Notes: generated by a model not told the origin, from the sequence alone. Counted from the first letter of the stretch, positions 26,471-37,852 are shown. The stretch: 64,000 nucleotides of DNA from Octopus bimaculoides (GCF_001194135.2 NC_068981.1:190787555-190851554), one strand, 5' to 3'. Translations and numbers: made by a program.

Positions 26471-26761
26471 CCCATTACCTCCCATAATTCTATTAACTGG
26501 AATTTTTTTTATGAAACTTTGATTTCTAGCATAAAACAGCCTTAGAAACATGCTGGAATGATCAAAATAACATTTCAAAATAACATTCTAAATAGAAATA
26601 AGCGAGATATTGGGTGAAAAATTAGCAAACCTCATTTGAATATCAAAGAAATATACCTAGCAGATATAGCAAAAAGGTTAGATATGTGTAAATATTGACA
26701 GATAATTACGAAATTTGTAATTTTTAAGTGATCTCATATGAGATCACTGGTAGGTAATGGG
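26471..26761. mobile_element. piggyBac-type MITE
   Basis: TIRs CCCATTACCTCCCA / TGGTAGGTAATGGG; flanks TTTA and TTAA. Confidence 0.75.
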
Positions 26762-26834
26762 TTAAAACTAAAGGCAAGGGAGACAAATCAAATGAATAAC
26801 AAAAAGAGAACATTTAAAGCAACTTCTTCAAGCA

Positions 26835-27136
26835 TGATTAATATCTGACAAAACAATCATGGGAAGAGAATAAGTCAAATATGGTCCTTTCATGTGCAAT
26901 ATGGTAATTTAAGAGATAGAACCAAAAAAATGAACATCAGAAACATTAATCATTTTATATAAGCAATGTGCTAATATTTGTATGGTCATGTAATATGAGG
27001 TGAGGGAATAAACATCATTTAACATCTACCGTTATGTATTATCCTTTCAAGTACTTCCAGTGATTTATTTTCAGACATGTATTCCATTATTTCACACTTG
27101 TTCTCTACTTCACTATTTCCTTTACATCCAGACACA
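26835..27136 (+). repeat. Left arm of a ~300-bp near-perfect inverted repeat (non-SINE sequence)
   Basis: Reverse complement of 29326-29625 by manual alignment: 61 perfect bp, a ~30-bp patch with 6 substitutions and a 2-nt gap, then 211 perfect bp. Confidence 0.97.
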
Positions 27137-27329
27137 CCAAGAGACAGGAGTACCAGCTTTCAAAGCTTTAGCTGATTATATCAATACCATTTATTAGACT
27201 GGTTCTTGTGCCTTGTTTCTTTTACAATACTTTCTGTGAAGTGCATATTGGCACAAAAGATAATAGCCCAGTTGTAGTTGAAATCCTGTTTGATTGCAGT
27301 GATTTTCACTTCATACTGATATAACTGGC

Positions 27330-27630
27330 ATCAGTTGGTTATGACGATAAGGGTTCTAGATGATCTGATCAACGGAAGATGCTTGCTTGAAGGATTAATA
27401 TGTGCAAGTGGCTGAACACTCCACAGACACATGCACCCTTAACATAGTTCTCAGAGAGGTTCAGCATGACATAGGATCTGACAAGGCTGGTACAACTCAT
27501 TTTTGCCAGCTGAGTAGATTGGAGCAATAAAGTGAAATAAAGTGATTTGCTCAAGGACACAAGGCACCACCTGGAATCGAACTCATGACCTTATGATTGT
27601 GAGCCAAATATCTTAACCCCGTCACTTACT
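27330..27630 (-). mobile_element. tRNA-headed SINE with a Ceph-SINE-like central domain (also ~57795-58130 and 10335-10470 on -, 18990-19290 on +)
   Basis: GGGTTC.AG.TGATC.GATCAACGGAA..GC.TGCT.G.GA..TTAA..TG.AAGTGGCTGA.CACTCCACAGACAC plus a reversed tRNA-like B box GGAATCGAACTC. Confidence 0.7.
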
Positions 27631-27684
27631 CTCATATAAAGACAGATACATGTATATACACACACAGATTGATTTTTTTGTATA

Positions 27685-27935
27685 CAGTAATCCCTCAACT
27701 GTCGCTGGTGTTACATTCAAAACCCCACCCCCCACAGTAGGTGAAAATTTGCGAAGTAGAAACAGGACTGCACTGCATATTTTTGTTATTATTTTTATAA
27801 TTTGTATATATTTTTTTATCATAAATGCAAAACAACACCATGGAGTAATCAACATAAGTTTAAATAATAAACCGTGATAGATGAACCGCATTAGGTGAAC
27901 CACGATAGGTGAACTGTGATATGGTGAACTGTGAT
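27685..27935 (+). mobile_element. Tigger/pogo-like MITE with the right end missing
   Basis: TA|CAGTAATCCCTC.. left TIR and subterminal GAACCGCG-like repeats. Confidence 0.6.
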
Positions 27936-29084
27936 ATTGTTCAGTCCAAATCTATGGTAGAAGTGATTTGTCATAAGCGCCACCTGGTAAACTAAAACCT
28001 GGAACCTTGTGCTTACAAAGTGACATTAGCTAATAGCAATGCTTGTATCATCCTACAGCAATCCCAGCGTTCTGAAATTTATCATTCCCAATGTTTCTAT
28101 CACATGATAAACATAGAATGCAGACATTGCTGTTAATTAAGTCATTCACTTTTTGAGCTCATAATTCCAATTGTAGCCCACCAGGTGGTGCTTCAACGAA
28201 TCTCTTTTACCATAACTCTGAATTGATTAATGCCTCGTAAATGAATTTGGTATAGAAACTGTGGGAGCTCTCTCTCTCTCTTTCTCTGATGTGCATGTGT
28301 AGGTGTGTGTATGTATGTGCATGTGTGGGTGTGTGATCATCATCATCATCCTTCAGTGTCCATATTTCATGCTGGTGTTGGTTGAAAAAGCTTGACAGGA
28401 TCCAGCAGGTGAGAGGACTGTGCCAAACTTCATCGTTTCTTTTGATATGGCTTCTATAGCTGGATGCACTTCCTGATGCCAACCACTTTACGGAGTGTAT
28501 GTATATATCTTTGTGTAATTTTTTTTTATATCAATGAAAACCAGTACATTCAAGCAAGTTTATGGCACGCTTGCGAAGAAGTCCCATCAAGCCAAGCAAA
28601 ATCATAGTCATGACAGATAGCGGTGTCACGTAAATGGTACCCATACCAGTGGCATGTAAAAGCATCCATTACACTCTCAGAGTGGTTGGCGTTAGGAAGG
28701 GCATCCAGCCATAGAAAACCATGCCAAATCAGAGTGAATTCTGGCATAGCCTTCCAGTGTGCCAGCCCAGTCAAACTGTCCAACCCATGCCAGCATGGAC
28801 AACAGACGTTAAATGATGATGATGAACAGAGTTACCTTCCATTATACCAATATCCACTTTGCAGAATGTATTTTAAGAGAAAAGTACCATAAGAACCACA
28901 CTAACAACTAGTGTTGATATGATCTGCTGAAATTGTTAAAGGTGGTACTTTAGTATTGCTACAATCCAGTGACAAGTACAATAAAATGTAGAAAACAAGA
29001 TAATTAAAAAACATAAAGGAAAACACAAATAAAACAGTGAAACCTTGAGTATTACAAGAGTATCAGAGAAATAATGATGTTCAA

Positions 29085-29301
29085 CCCTTTAGCATTTAAA
29101 CTAGCAATATCGAGCTTGGAATATTTTACCTGTTTTATGCTTATGTTCAAACTGACCAGAACTGACTTCTTACACCTAGCCTGCAATGTGATTCCTACTA
29201 TAAACAACCACATCTTCTAAATCGAGAAGCTACAAGATGAGTTTTAAAAAGTGTAAATAAATAAACTTTACATTCGACAAAGTATTATGAATGCCAAACG
29301 G
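29085..29301. mobile_element. Decayed piggyBac-type MITE (related copy in the opposite orientation at ~31420-31635)
   Basis: TCAA|CCCTTTAGCATT ... AATGCCAAACGG|TTCA; degenerate TIRs and TTAA TSD. Confidence 0.65.
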
Positions 29302-29325
29302 TTCAGTAATCTCAGTAGTTTTTGA

Positions 29326-29625
29326 TGTGTCTGGATGTAAAGGAAATAGTGAAGTAGAGAACAAGTGTGAAATAATGGAATACATGTCTGAAAATAAATC
29401 ACTGGAAGTACTTGAAAGGATAATACATAACGGTAGATGTTAAATGATGTTTATTCCCTCACCTCATATTACATGACCATACAAATATTAGCACATTGCT
29501 TATATAAAATGATTAATGTTTCTGATGTTCATTTTTCGCTCTATCCCTTAAATTACCATACTTTACATGAAAGGACCATATTTGACTTATTCTCTTCCCA
29601 TGATTGTTTTGTCAGATATTAATCA
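29326..29625 (-). repeat. Right arm of the ~300-bp near-perfect inverted repeat
   Basis: Reverse complement of 26835-27136, checked block by block. Confidence 0.97.
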
Positions 29626-30409
29626 CATCAGTAGAGATTGTTGTTACTGCTCTAAAACCCCATTATTCTGCCATTAGCAAAATAAATTATTGTTGTTTAA
29701 TTTTCACGAGTTTTCCTAAAAATATCTAGCTTGTATTGTTTGATAGTTATGATCCAAATTCAGTTTTGTTATTATTTTGCAAAATGTATTTTTAAAGAAA
29801 AAAAACTATCAGTTACAAATGCTAAAAGTACATAAAATATATTCTTATATAGATAAATGATGTATTTTTGATTCCAGTCTGCCTGGATCTACTTTTATAA
29901 AAGTTTTTGAGTTTTTTTTTTTTCTTTTTACTTACTGATAATGATGATATGTGTACGTATATATGTAGAGTATGAATGAAAAATTCTCATCTAATGACAT
30001 GATGTAGGTATGTACTATAAGTGCTTAGTTTAGTTTACCACTAAAACTCCAACTGAAAAAGAGGTGGTGTTGAAGTTGCCTATGAAATATGGCTAGAAGT
30101 GGTTCATCATTGAGTGGGTAGCTATATTCTAGAAATAGAGACTGAACAAGCAAAATATGTGGTCTCACTTCAGAGCATTTAATTTCTAATTAAAGTATTT
30201 AATTTACACATAGGACAGAGTAGTTATAACAAATATGGAATTATGAAGTAATGTGTAAGTATGTATGTGTGTGTGTGTGTGTGTGTGTGTTTAAGTCACA
30301 ATATATGGATTCAAATAATCCAGTAGTACTCATAAAAAAAAGTTCCTTAATGTATCATTCTACAAAACATATAGAATATATAGTAATGATGAAGGCAGCT
30401 GTGTAAAGA

Positions 30410-30989
30410 AGTGCCAGTCTCTAACTGTGGAGGGAGCCTGTGGTAGCAATAGACCCAGGAAGACATGGGACAAGGTGGTGAAGCATGATCTTTGAACTTT
30501 GGGCCTCACAGAGGCAATGACTAATGACCGAGACCTTTGGTAATATGCTGTGCTTGAGAAGACCCATCAAGCCAAGTAAAATCATAGTTTTGGTTGATGC
30601 TGGTGTCACATTACTGGCACCTGTGCCAGTGGCATGTGAAAAGCTCCTTTCAAGCATTGGGCCTCACAGAGGCAAAGTGGCTGAGCTCCTTTCCAGTGTT
30701 TGGCCTCACGGAGGCAATGACGGAAACCTTTGGCATTACATCATGCTTGAAAAAAAGACCCATCAAGCCAAGTAAAGTCACACTCATAGGAGGTACCAGT
30801 GTCACATAAATAGCACCTATGCCAGTGGCACATAAAAACACCCATTACACTCCCGGAGTGGTTGGCATTAGGAAGGGCATCCAGCCATAGAAACCATGCC
30901 AAACCTGACTGAAGTCTTGGTGCAGCCTTTCAGCTTACCAGCCCTGGTCAAACCATCCAACCCATGCCAGCATGGACAACAGACTTTAA

Positions 30990-31036
<47 letters not shown>
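30410..31036 (+). mobile_element. RTE-tailed SINE with an internal duplication (further plus-strand copies at ~3100-3368, 13600-14165, 21400-21757, 28545-28825, 32800-33248, 53545-53815, 54070-54440, 59680-60045 and 63725-64000)
   Basis: Shared GGCATTAGGAAGGGCATCCAGC core and (GAT)n tail. Confidence 0.85.
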
Positions 31037-31195
31037 ACTAGAGAAAAGGCTAAGGAGTATGTATATAGTATATGACATAGTTAAATATTTCTCTATTATT
31101 TATGACAATATATCTATATATATACCCACACATATCATTTTTTTTTCAAGTCGCTCATGTCTGTAAGTGTTTAAATGCCATAAAAAGTTCATATT

Positions 31196-31413
31196 CTTTT
31201 CTACTCTAGGCACAAGGCCAGAAATTTTGGGGGAGGGGTCTAGTCAATTAGCTTGACCCCAGTACACAAATGGTACTTAATTTATCAATCCCGAAAGGAT
31301 GAAAGACAAAGTTGACTTTGGTGGAATTTGAACTCAGAACGTAAAGACAGACGAAATACCACTAAGTATTTCGCCTGGAGTGCAAATGTTTCTGCCAGCT
31401 CGCCACTTTAAAG
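31196..31413 (-). mobile_element. tRNA-derived SINE with a MetaSINE-like domain
   Basis: TSD AGTTCATATT at 31186-31195 and 31414-31423. Confidence 0.85.
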
Positions 31414-32114
31414 AGTTCATATTTAATCCTCAAAGATGTAATGCTCATTTATTCACATCAATTTTTGAATTCATCATGCATTATCTTGTAGCTTTGAGAT
31501 TTCAATGATGTGATTGTTTATTTTTAGAATGACGTTATAGGATAGGTGTGAGAGGCTGAATCTGGCTGGTTTGAATATAAAACTGTTTGATTATTTAGGC
31601 CACACATGGCTGGTTTGAGTTCCAAAGAGTTAAGTAGTAGTTTTATGTCAGAATCTATTCCAAACACTGAGTTAATAAACCAATTAATGATTAAATTATT
31701 TTACTGAATCCCTCCAAATTCTTCATTATTTTCAAGATTAATTAAAGCTTAAAATAATGTACTTTGTTACAAATATAATCATTGACAGGTTAAAGAGAAA
31801 AAATTTTAACCATTTTTATTGTTGTTGCAGCATTGATTAACCTCAGCTATTCAACTAGTTTAGCAGGCCTATGTTCAAAAGTATTCCAGCCATGACCATC
31901 CCATCTTTTACTTAGAAACAATGCATTCAGGACCTTATTGTTGAATGTCTTTTATTTTTTAAGATAGTGTGATCTGTGGGAGATTTGGTTACTATTTCTC
32001 ACAGGTCAAATAACTGCCTATTGTCTCTCTTGGAACTGTTGTTAAGGTTATTAAGTGATGAAAAACAATAGATAGAAAGATTAAAGGGTTTATCAGTAGA
32101 TTAAAATTATATGA

Positions 32115-32270
32115 TCTGTTGTGATTAAGAAGTTTGCTTTTGAACCACATCAGTGTTTTGGGTTCAGTCCCACTGCATGGCACCTTGGGTAAGTGTCTTC
32201 TACTATATATAGCCCTGAGATGACCAAATCCTTGCAAGTGGATTTGGTAGATGGAGTCTATTGTATGAGT

Positions 32271-32321
<51 letters not shown>

Positions 32322-32540
32322 TCCTTGCCTTGACATCCCGTGGTAGTTGTAAATGAATGTCTCTGTCATATAAGCAGTGTCATTTATTTCTGATATTTTG
32401 CAAAAGGCATGTCTAGTTATGGGGAAATATTGCTTTGCTTGGAAACTGGTGAGTGTTGGCAATAGGAAGAGCATTTGATGGTAGAAAATCTTCCTCCATA
32501 AACATCATCCAAACATACAAGCATGGAAAAGTGGATGGTA
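32115..32540 (+). mobile_element. OR-type head with an RTE-tail 3' module
   Basis: Head, CORE-like domain and (GT)n, then a module ending GCATGGAAAAGTGGATGGTAAAAATGAT. Confidence 0.7.
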
Positions 32541-33139
32541 AAAATGATAAAATACTCTCTTTCTCTCTCTCTGTACTTTGAAATTGTTTAACCTTCCTGG
32601 ACCATTCTACACTCCAAGTGGCTTTCTGTCTGTTTGTCTGCCTCTCTCTCTCTTTCCCTCCCTCTCTCTTTCCCACCCTCTCTCTCACCTTCTTCTCCTT
32701 CTCTGTTCTACTTACATTGCCAAAAATCTCCTTGATAGTAAGAAGGATACCCATGTCCTCAGTCATATTCTAATCTCTTGGTTCTGCTCCCTCTCTCATC
32801 TACATGTGCCTTGCCTTGCAAGCTCATGGGTGCTGGTTCCATGTAAAAAGCACCTATGCTGGTGTCACATAAAAAAGGCACCCGTGCCAGTGCCACTTGA
32901 AGAGTACCAATGCAAGCACCACATAAAAAAAAGCACTCGTGCCAGTATCATATAGGAGGCGCCTGTGCTGGTGCCACGTAAAAGCACCCTGTATACTCTG
33001 TGAAGCGGTTGGCATTAGGAAGAGCATCCAGCTGTGGAAACCAAACCACAGCAGACAAATAGAACCTGGTGCAGCTCCTGGCCTTGCAAGCTCTTGTCAA
33101 TCATCCAACCGATGCCAGCATGGAAAATGGACATTAAAT

Positions 33140-33149
33140 GATGATGACA

Positions 33150-33240
<91 letters not shown>

Positions 33241-33245
33241 CGACG
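33140..33245. repeat. (GAT)n microsatellite, the expanded tail of a SINE
   Basis: Read directly; similar GAT/CAT tails at 21713-21757, 22521-22590 and 30990-31036. Confidence 0.95.
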
Positions 33246-33894
33246 ATAATATATCATACAGAAATATGTTAACTGCATTCATATTTAGTTTTCTTCATTA
33301 AACAGTATTTTTACCAAACAAAAAAACTGTTTTGGAATATATCAATTCCTGAAGAAGATATTCTAGATGCTGGAATGATTTACATTTTCTGTCATAATGA
33401 AATGCTGCTTTGAGTAAATATAGACATTCTGTTTGCTGTGATTATTGGTTCTTTAAACTATCTCTGTATTAAAACTCCTTAAAAACTTTTTGATGTTTAA
33501 TAGTTTTCTTCAGACAAGATGAAAATAATTTGAGCTGTAAACGATTTGCAATTTGTCACAGCTGCTAGTAAATAAACATTGTGAACTTGTATAAAGAATA
33601 ATGCATTGCGAGGCCATACATTAATATCATCACTGCAGACATAACAGAGAATATTTGTAGGAAGATTGATAAAATGAAACCATAGTAAGGATATTTTTCA
33701 TATTTGTTTTCTTCATGAAGGAAGAAAAAGAATATGGATAGTTGTGAATGAAATATATATGAAATTCTTTTTCTTTTTTTTCTTTTACTTGTTTCAGTCA
33801 TTAGACTGTGGCCATGATGGGGCACCACCTTGGAGGATTTTGAGATTGTAGCTGTGGCCTGTGCCACTGTTCCATAACTGGCACATTTAAGAGT

Positions 33895-34592
33895 ACCCTT
33901 CAATCGTTGGGCAATATGCTGTGTTTGAGAAGACCTGTTGTATCAAGTGAAGTTGTTGTCATGGCTGATGCCAGTACTGCCTAACTGGCACTCGTGCCAG
34001 TGGCATGTAATAAGCACGTTTGAGTGTAGTCGATGCCAGTGTCACCAGACTGGCTCCCATGCTGGTGGCATGTAAAAAGCTTCATTCAAACATGGTCGAT
34101 GCCAGTGCCACCTGACTGGCTCCTATGCCAGTGGAATGTAAAAAACACCATACAAATATGGTCAATGCCAGTGCAACCAGACTGGCTCCCATGTTGGTGG
34201 AACATAAAAAGCACCATTCAAGTGTGGTCGATTCCAGTGCCACCTGACTGGATCTCATGCCAGTGGCACATAAAAAGCACCGTTCAAGCATGGTAGATGC
34301 CAGTGCTGCCAGACTGGCTCCCATTCTGTTGGCACGTAAAAAGCACCATTCAAGCATGGTCGATGCCAGTGTGACTGACCCCCGTGCTGGTGGCATGTAA
34401 AAAAACAGCCAGTACTCTTTCAGAGTGGTTGGCGTTAGGAAGGGCATCCAGCTGTAGAAACATTCCCAGATCGGATTGGAGCTTGGTGTAGCCTCCTGGC
34501 TTACCAGCTCTCAGTCAAATTGTCCAGCCCATGCCAGCATGGACAACGGACGTTAAATGACAACGATGATGATAATGATGATGATGATGATG
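33895..34592 (+). mobile_element. RTE-tailed SINE carrying a 7-unit 66-bp tandem array and a (GAT)n tail
   Basis: Tail GTGGTTGGCGTTAGGAAGGGCATCCAGCTGTAGAAAC..CCCATGCCAGCATGGA..GGACGTTAAATGA(TGA)n; units start at 33967, 34032, 34098, 34164, 34230, 34296 and 34362. Confidence 0.88.
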
Positions 34593-34745
34593 AAGCGTGG
34601 TACTTAGTCTATCGGTCTCTTCTGTGGAACTACTAAGTTACGGGGATGTAAACACATCAATACCAATTGTCAAGTGGTAGTGGTGGGGGTAGGACAAACA
34701 CAGACACACACACGCAAATATATACATATATATACACAAAAACGT

Positions 34746-34838
<93 letters not shown>

Positions 34839-35922
34839 GCTTCTTTCAGTCTCCATCTACCAAATCCATTGACAAGGCTTTGGTCAGCCTGATGCCAACA
34901 CTTGCCCAAAATCTAGTTGGAAGTTCAAATCACTGAAACTATCATTTAATTTAAGAACATACCTTCCTGACACTCTGGTTAGCTTATGGCTTGTTGAGCC
35001 ATTTTATGTCAGTGGTTTAAGGATTCGTCATTCAAGGTAACTTTCATAGCAGTGACAGAGAGGAAAGTATCTATCTCTTACCTGTTTCAGTCAATAGGCT
35101 ATGACGGGGGCACCACCTTGAAGAATTTTAGTTGAATGAATCACCCCAGTACCTATACTATTTGTCTCTGTTGCTGAACCACTAGGTTATGGGGACATAA
35201 ACACATAACGAGTTGTCAAGCCATGATGGGGGACAAATACCTGTTGTTGTTTCTAGCATGTCTGAGATGACATTTGCGTACCCCCACCCCACCTATTTCT
35301 TTCCCCAATTTACTCACATTCCTATGCTTTCCATCCAGGAGATTTGCATGTCACCCAAAAGCAGGTAGCCGATGAGTGGCCAAGGTGAGGGAAACGGGCA
35401 TTCGGTATTTCTTTCAGAAAAATGAAATTTTCAAAAATAAATTATATTTACCACATTCGTAATCTCTATATTTTTCCATCTGCATAAAAAACAAAATTCG
35501 AAAAACAGTTAAGTATTAGGAAATTTTGGCAGGGAGTGGGGAAATTATAATTTTGTAAACAAGATTTCTGGCCCAAATCATATTAACCCCTTTTTATTCC
35601 ATAGTTTGTGATCCTTCTTAAGAACATAAATCACTTTCATGCAAATTGTACCCCACCCCACTTCACTTCTGGACAAACAATAACATCCATTATGCCAGTA
35701 ATCCACTCCACTATATATCAGCTAACAGAATGCATTACACTTATCAAGATAGCCAAATCATTCACAGTTTACCGCTGCTTCTCATAATAACGGTATACAA
35801 ATTGGCATATGCATTTACCCACATCTTTTCATTCGTTACTAAAAAATCAAATCATACAATGCACAACTTCAAATTGCTGTCTTCCATCTTGTATATTCCT
35901 TAATCGTTCGCTCTTTTCAGCC

Positions 35923-36015
35923 ATGCTACCAAAACAAAGACATTCTCATTTATCTCTGCAAACAAGGGCCACAAAGAAAACTGCCTCTATTCGTGTTCAA
36001 GAAAACTCACTTCAG
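35923..36015 (+). pseudogene. Probable Helitron RepHel N-terminus
   Basis: MLPKQRHSHLSLQTRATKKTASIRVQE resembles Helitron ORF starts. It follows a pyrimidine-rich acceptor (CTCTTTTCAG) and lies 60 bp upstream of the helicase fragment. Confidence 0.45.
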
Positions 36016-36076
36016 TGATGCCCAAATTTGTAATATTTGAAAACGATCACTGATGGCGGAAGTTCTGTGCTAAACT

Positions 36077-36487
36077 ATACTTATTGTCTGGGATGAATGC
36101 ACGATGGCACACTGTGGTGCACTAGAAGCCCAAGATAGGTCACTAAGGTATATTAGAGACAGTACTGCCATTATGGGGTGGGGGCTTAACTGTTGTCCTC
36201 AGTCAAATATTACCAGTCATACCATGGGGTATGTGAGCTGATGGCATCTATGTGTGTCTGAAGTTTTCACCTCTGTAGAGGTTTGTTCACCAGCTTTCAT
36301 TAAGCAACAATATGTGAGCTCATCTCTACAACAACCCCCTAGCTGAGGAATTCTTTCATCAACTTCTACTAATTGGAAATGACACCTTACCATTGAATAA
36401 CACCCTGCAACAACATGTACTGCAATGTGGGCACATGGTGTCTACATTGGTCGAGCTTGAAGAAAAGGTATTTCTCACATTGCAATC
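36077..36487 (+). pseudogene. Helitron PIF1-family helicase fragment with in-frame stops
   Basis: Translates to ILIVWDECTMAHCGALEAQDRSLRYIR..MGWGLTVVLSQILPVIPWGM*ADGIYVCLKFSPL*RFV..NNM*AHL..FFHQLLLIGN, i.e. Walker B DECTM plus the QILPVIP and NMR motifs. Confidence 0.9.
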
Positions 36488-37209
36488 GGCAGACGAGGAG
36501 TGAGAAGCAAACCACCTTGAAAACTTTTTAGTCAAATGAATCAATACCAGTAGTCAAGTGGTGGAATGAACAAACACAGACACAAAGACACTCACGCACA
36601 CACACATACATATATGTATATGATGGGCTTCTTTCAGTTTCCGTCTACCAAATCCACTCACAAGGCTTTGATCAGTCTGAGACTATAGTAGAAGAAACTT
36701 GCCCAAGGTGCAATGGAGTGAGACTGAACCTGGAACCATGTGGTTGGGAAGCAGGCTTTTTTACCACTCAGCCACACCTACGAAATACATTCCTCGTTTT
36801 TCATTTAACATCATCAATTTACAGTATAAAACCTTAATTTTATCAGTGTATTCAGACTTTTGGCTATGACTGCAAAATTTAGCAATAAAGAAGTTTTTAA
36901 AAAAGCCGGTACCTCCTCTATTCAAACAGTATTCTTCCCAACATTACTAGTTCAAGAGTTATTTTACAAATGCTTCTCTTACTTCTTCAGATAAACTTTC
37001 ATTATATAAAACGCATTTTGATGAATAAATTTAGTTTCCACAACATTTTCCTGAAATAAGACAAAATGAAACAAGACATTAATAAGACACCATAGTCAAT
37101 AAGAAGAAGAACTTGCTTTACAGAACTGACTTATTTAAATATTATTTGAATATGTCAAACTGAAGTAGCAACATGATGTCTTGTCAGATTGTTTTTCTTT
37201 TTATAATTA

Positions 37210-37369
37210 CAGCATATGCACACACATACATACGCACACACACACACATACAAAAGTCCATGTACACACATGTGAATGTGTATGTATGCATGTATGTATG
37301 TGTATATATTTGTGTATTTTTGTATGTATGTGTATATGTGCGTATATATGTATGTATAATTAATGTGTA

Positions 37370-37420
<51 letters not shown>

Positions 37421-37435
37421 CTATATCTATCTATC

Positions 37436-37485
<50 letters not shown>

Positions 37486-37500
37486 CAATATATATATGTA
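37210..37500. repeat. Compound CA/TG/TA/CTAT microsatellite
   Basis: Read directly. Confidence 0.95.
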
Positions 37501-37807
37501 TAAATGGTTTCTCAGATCAATGATTTCTACATTAAAAATTAACTTACTCGCCTATTTTAAAAGACTCTGATTCCGTATGCACGCATTCCTGTGTAAACTG
37601 TCTTCAAAACTATTTGATGTCTGCTAATTAATTCTCATTGAAGTAATCCTGTGATCAAAGTTTTACTACGATATTTTTGAAAGTGTATGTATAAATTAAT
37701 GTTCAACCACAGACTAGAAGTAGTACACTGGTGATAAGTATTTTAGGAACTTTAGAAAATTCATTGCAGGAAGATAAACCTTATCATATTATATATATTT
37801 ATATATG

Positions 37808-37852
<45 letters not shown>

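Larger units (their letters stand above)
27137..28960. repeat. Diverged inner arms of an ancient palindrome, centred near 28085 and interrupted by TEs
   Basis: 27141-27255 matches rc(28835-28960), 27270-27325 matches rc(~28530-28560), and 27940-28055 matches rc(28115-28230), each at roughly 65-70% by eye. Confidence 0.8.

Noticed and set aside
26835-29625. Interpretation of the palindrome as a long-TIR DNA transposon
   Set aside because: No TSD of 2-10 bp is visible at the outer ends, there is no transposase remnant inside, and the symmetry continues to the centre at much lower identity.
33306-33413. Plus-strand exon-like segment YFYQTKKLFWNISIPEEDILDAGMIYIFCHNEMLL*
   Set aside because: The acceptor is plausible, but it cannot be linked in phase to the other candidates, and the opposite strand gives an equally protein-like frame.
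33565-33745. Transmembrane-like minus-strand frame YGFILSIFLQIFSVMSAVMILMYGLAMH
   Set aside because: Hydrophobic translations are expected in AT-rich DNA; there is no good donor and no homology I can recognise.
33967-34420. CRISPR-like look of the regularly spaced hairpin repeats
   Set aside because: The whole 66-bp unit is homologous (no unique spacers), it lies inside a SINE, and there are no cas genes in this eukaryotic context.
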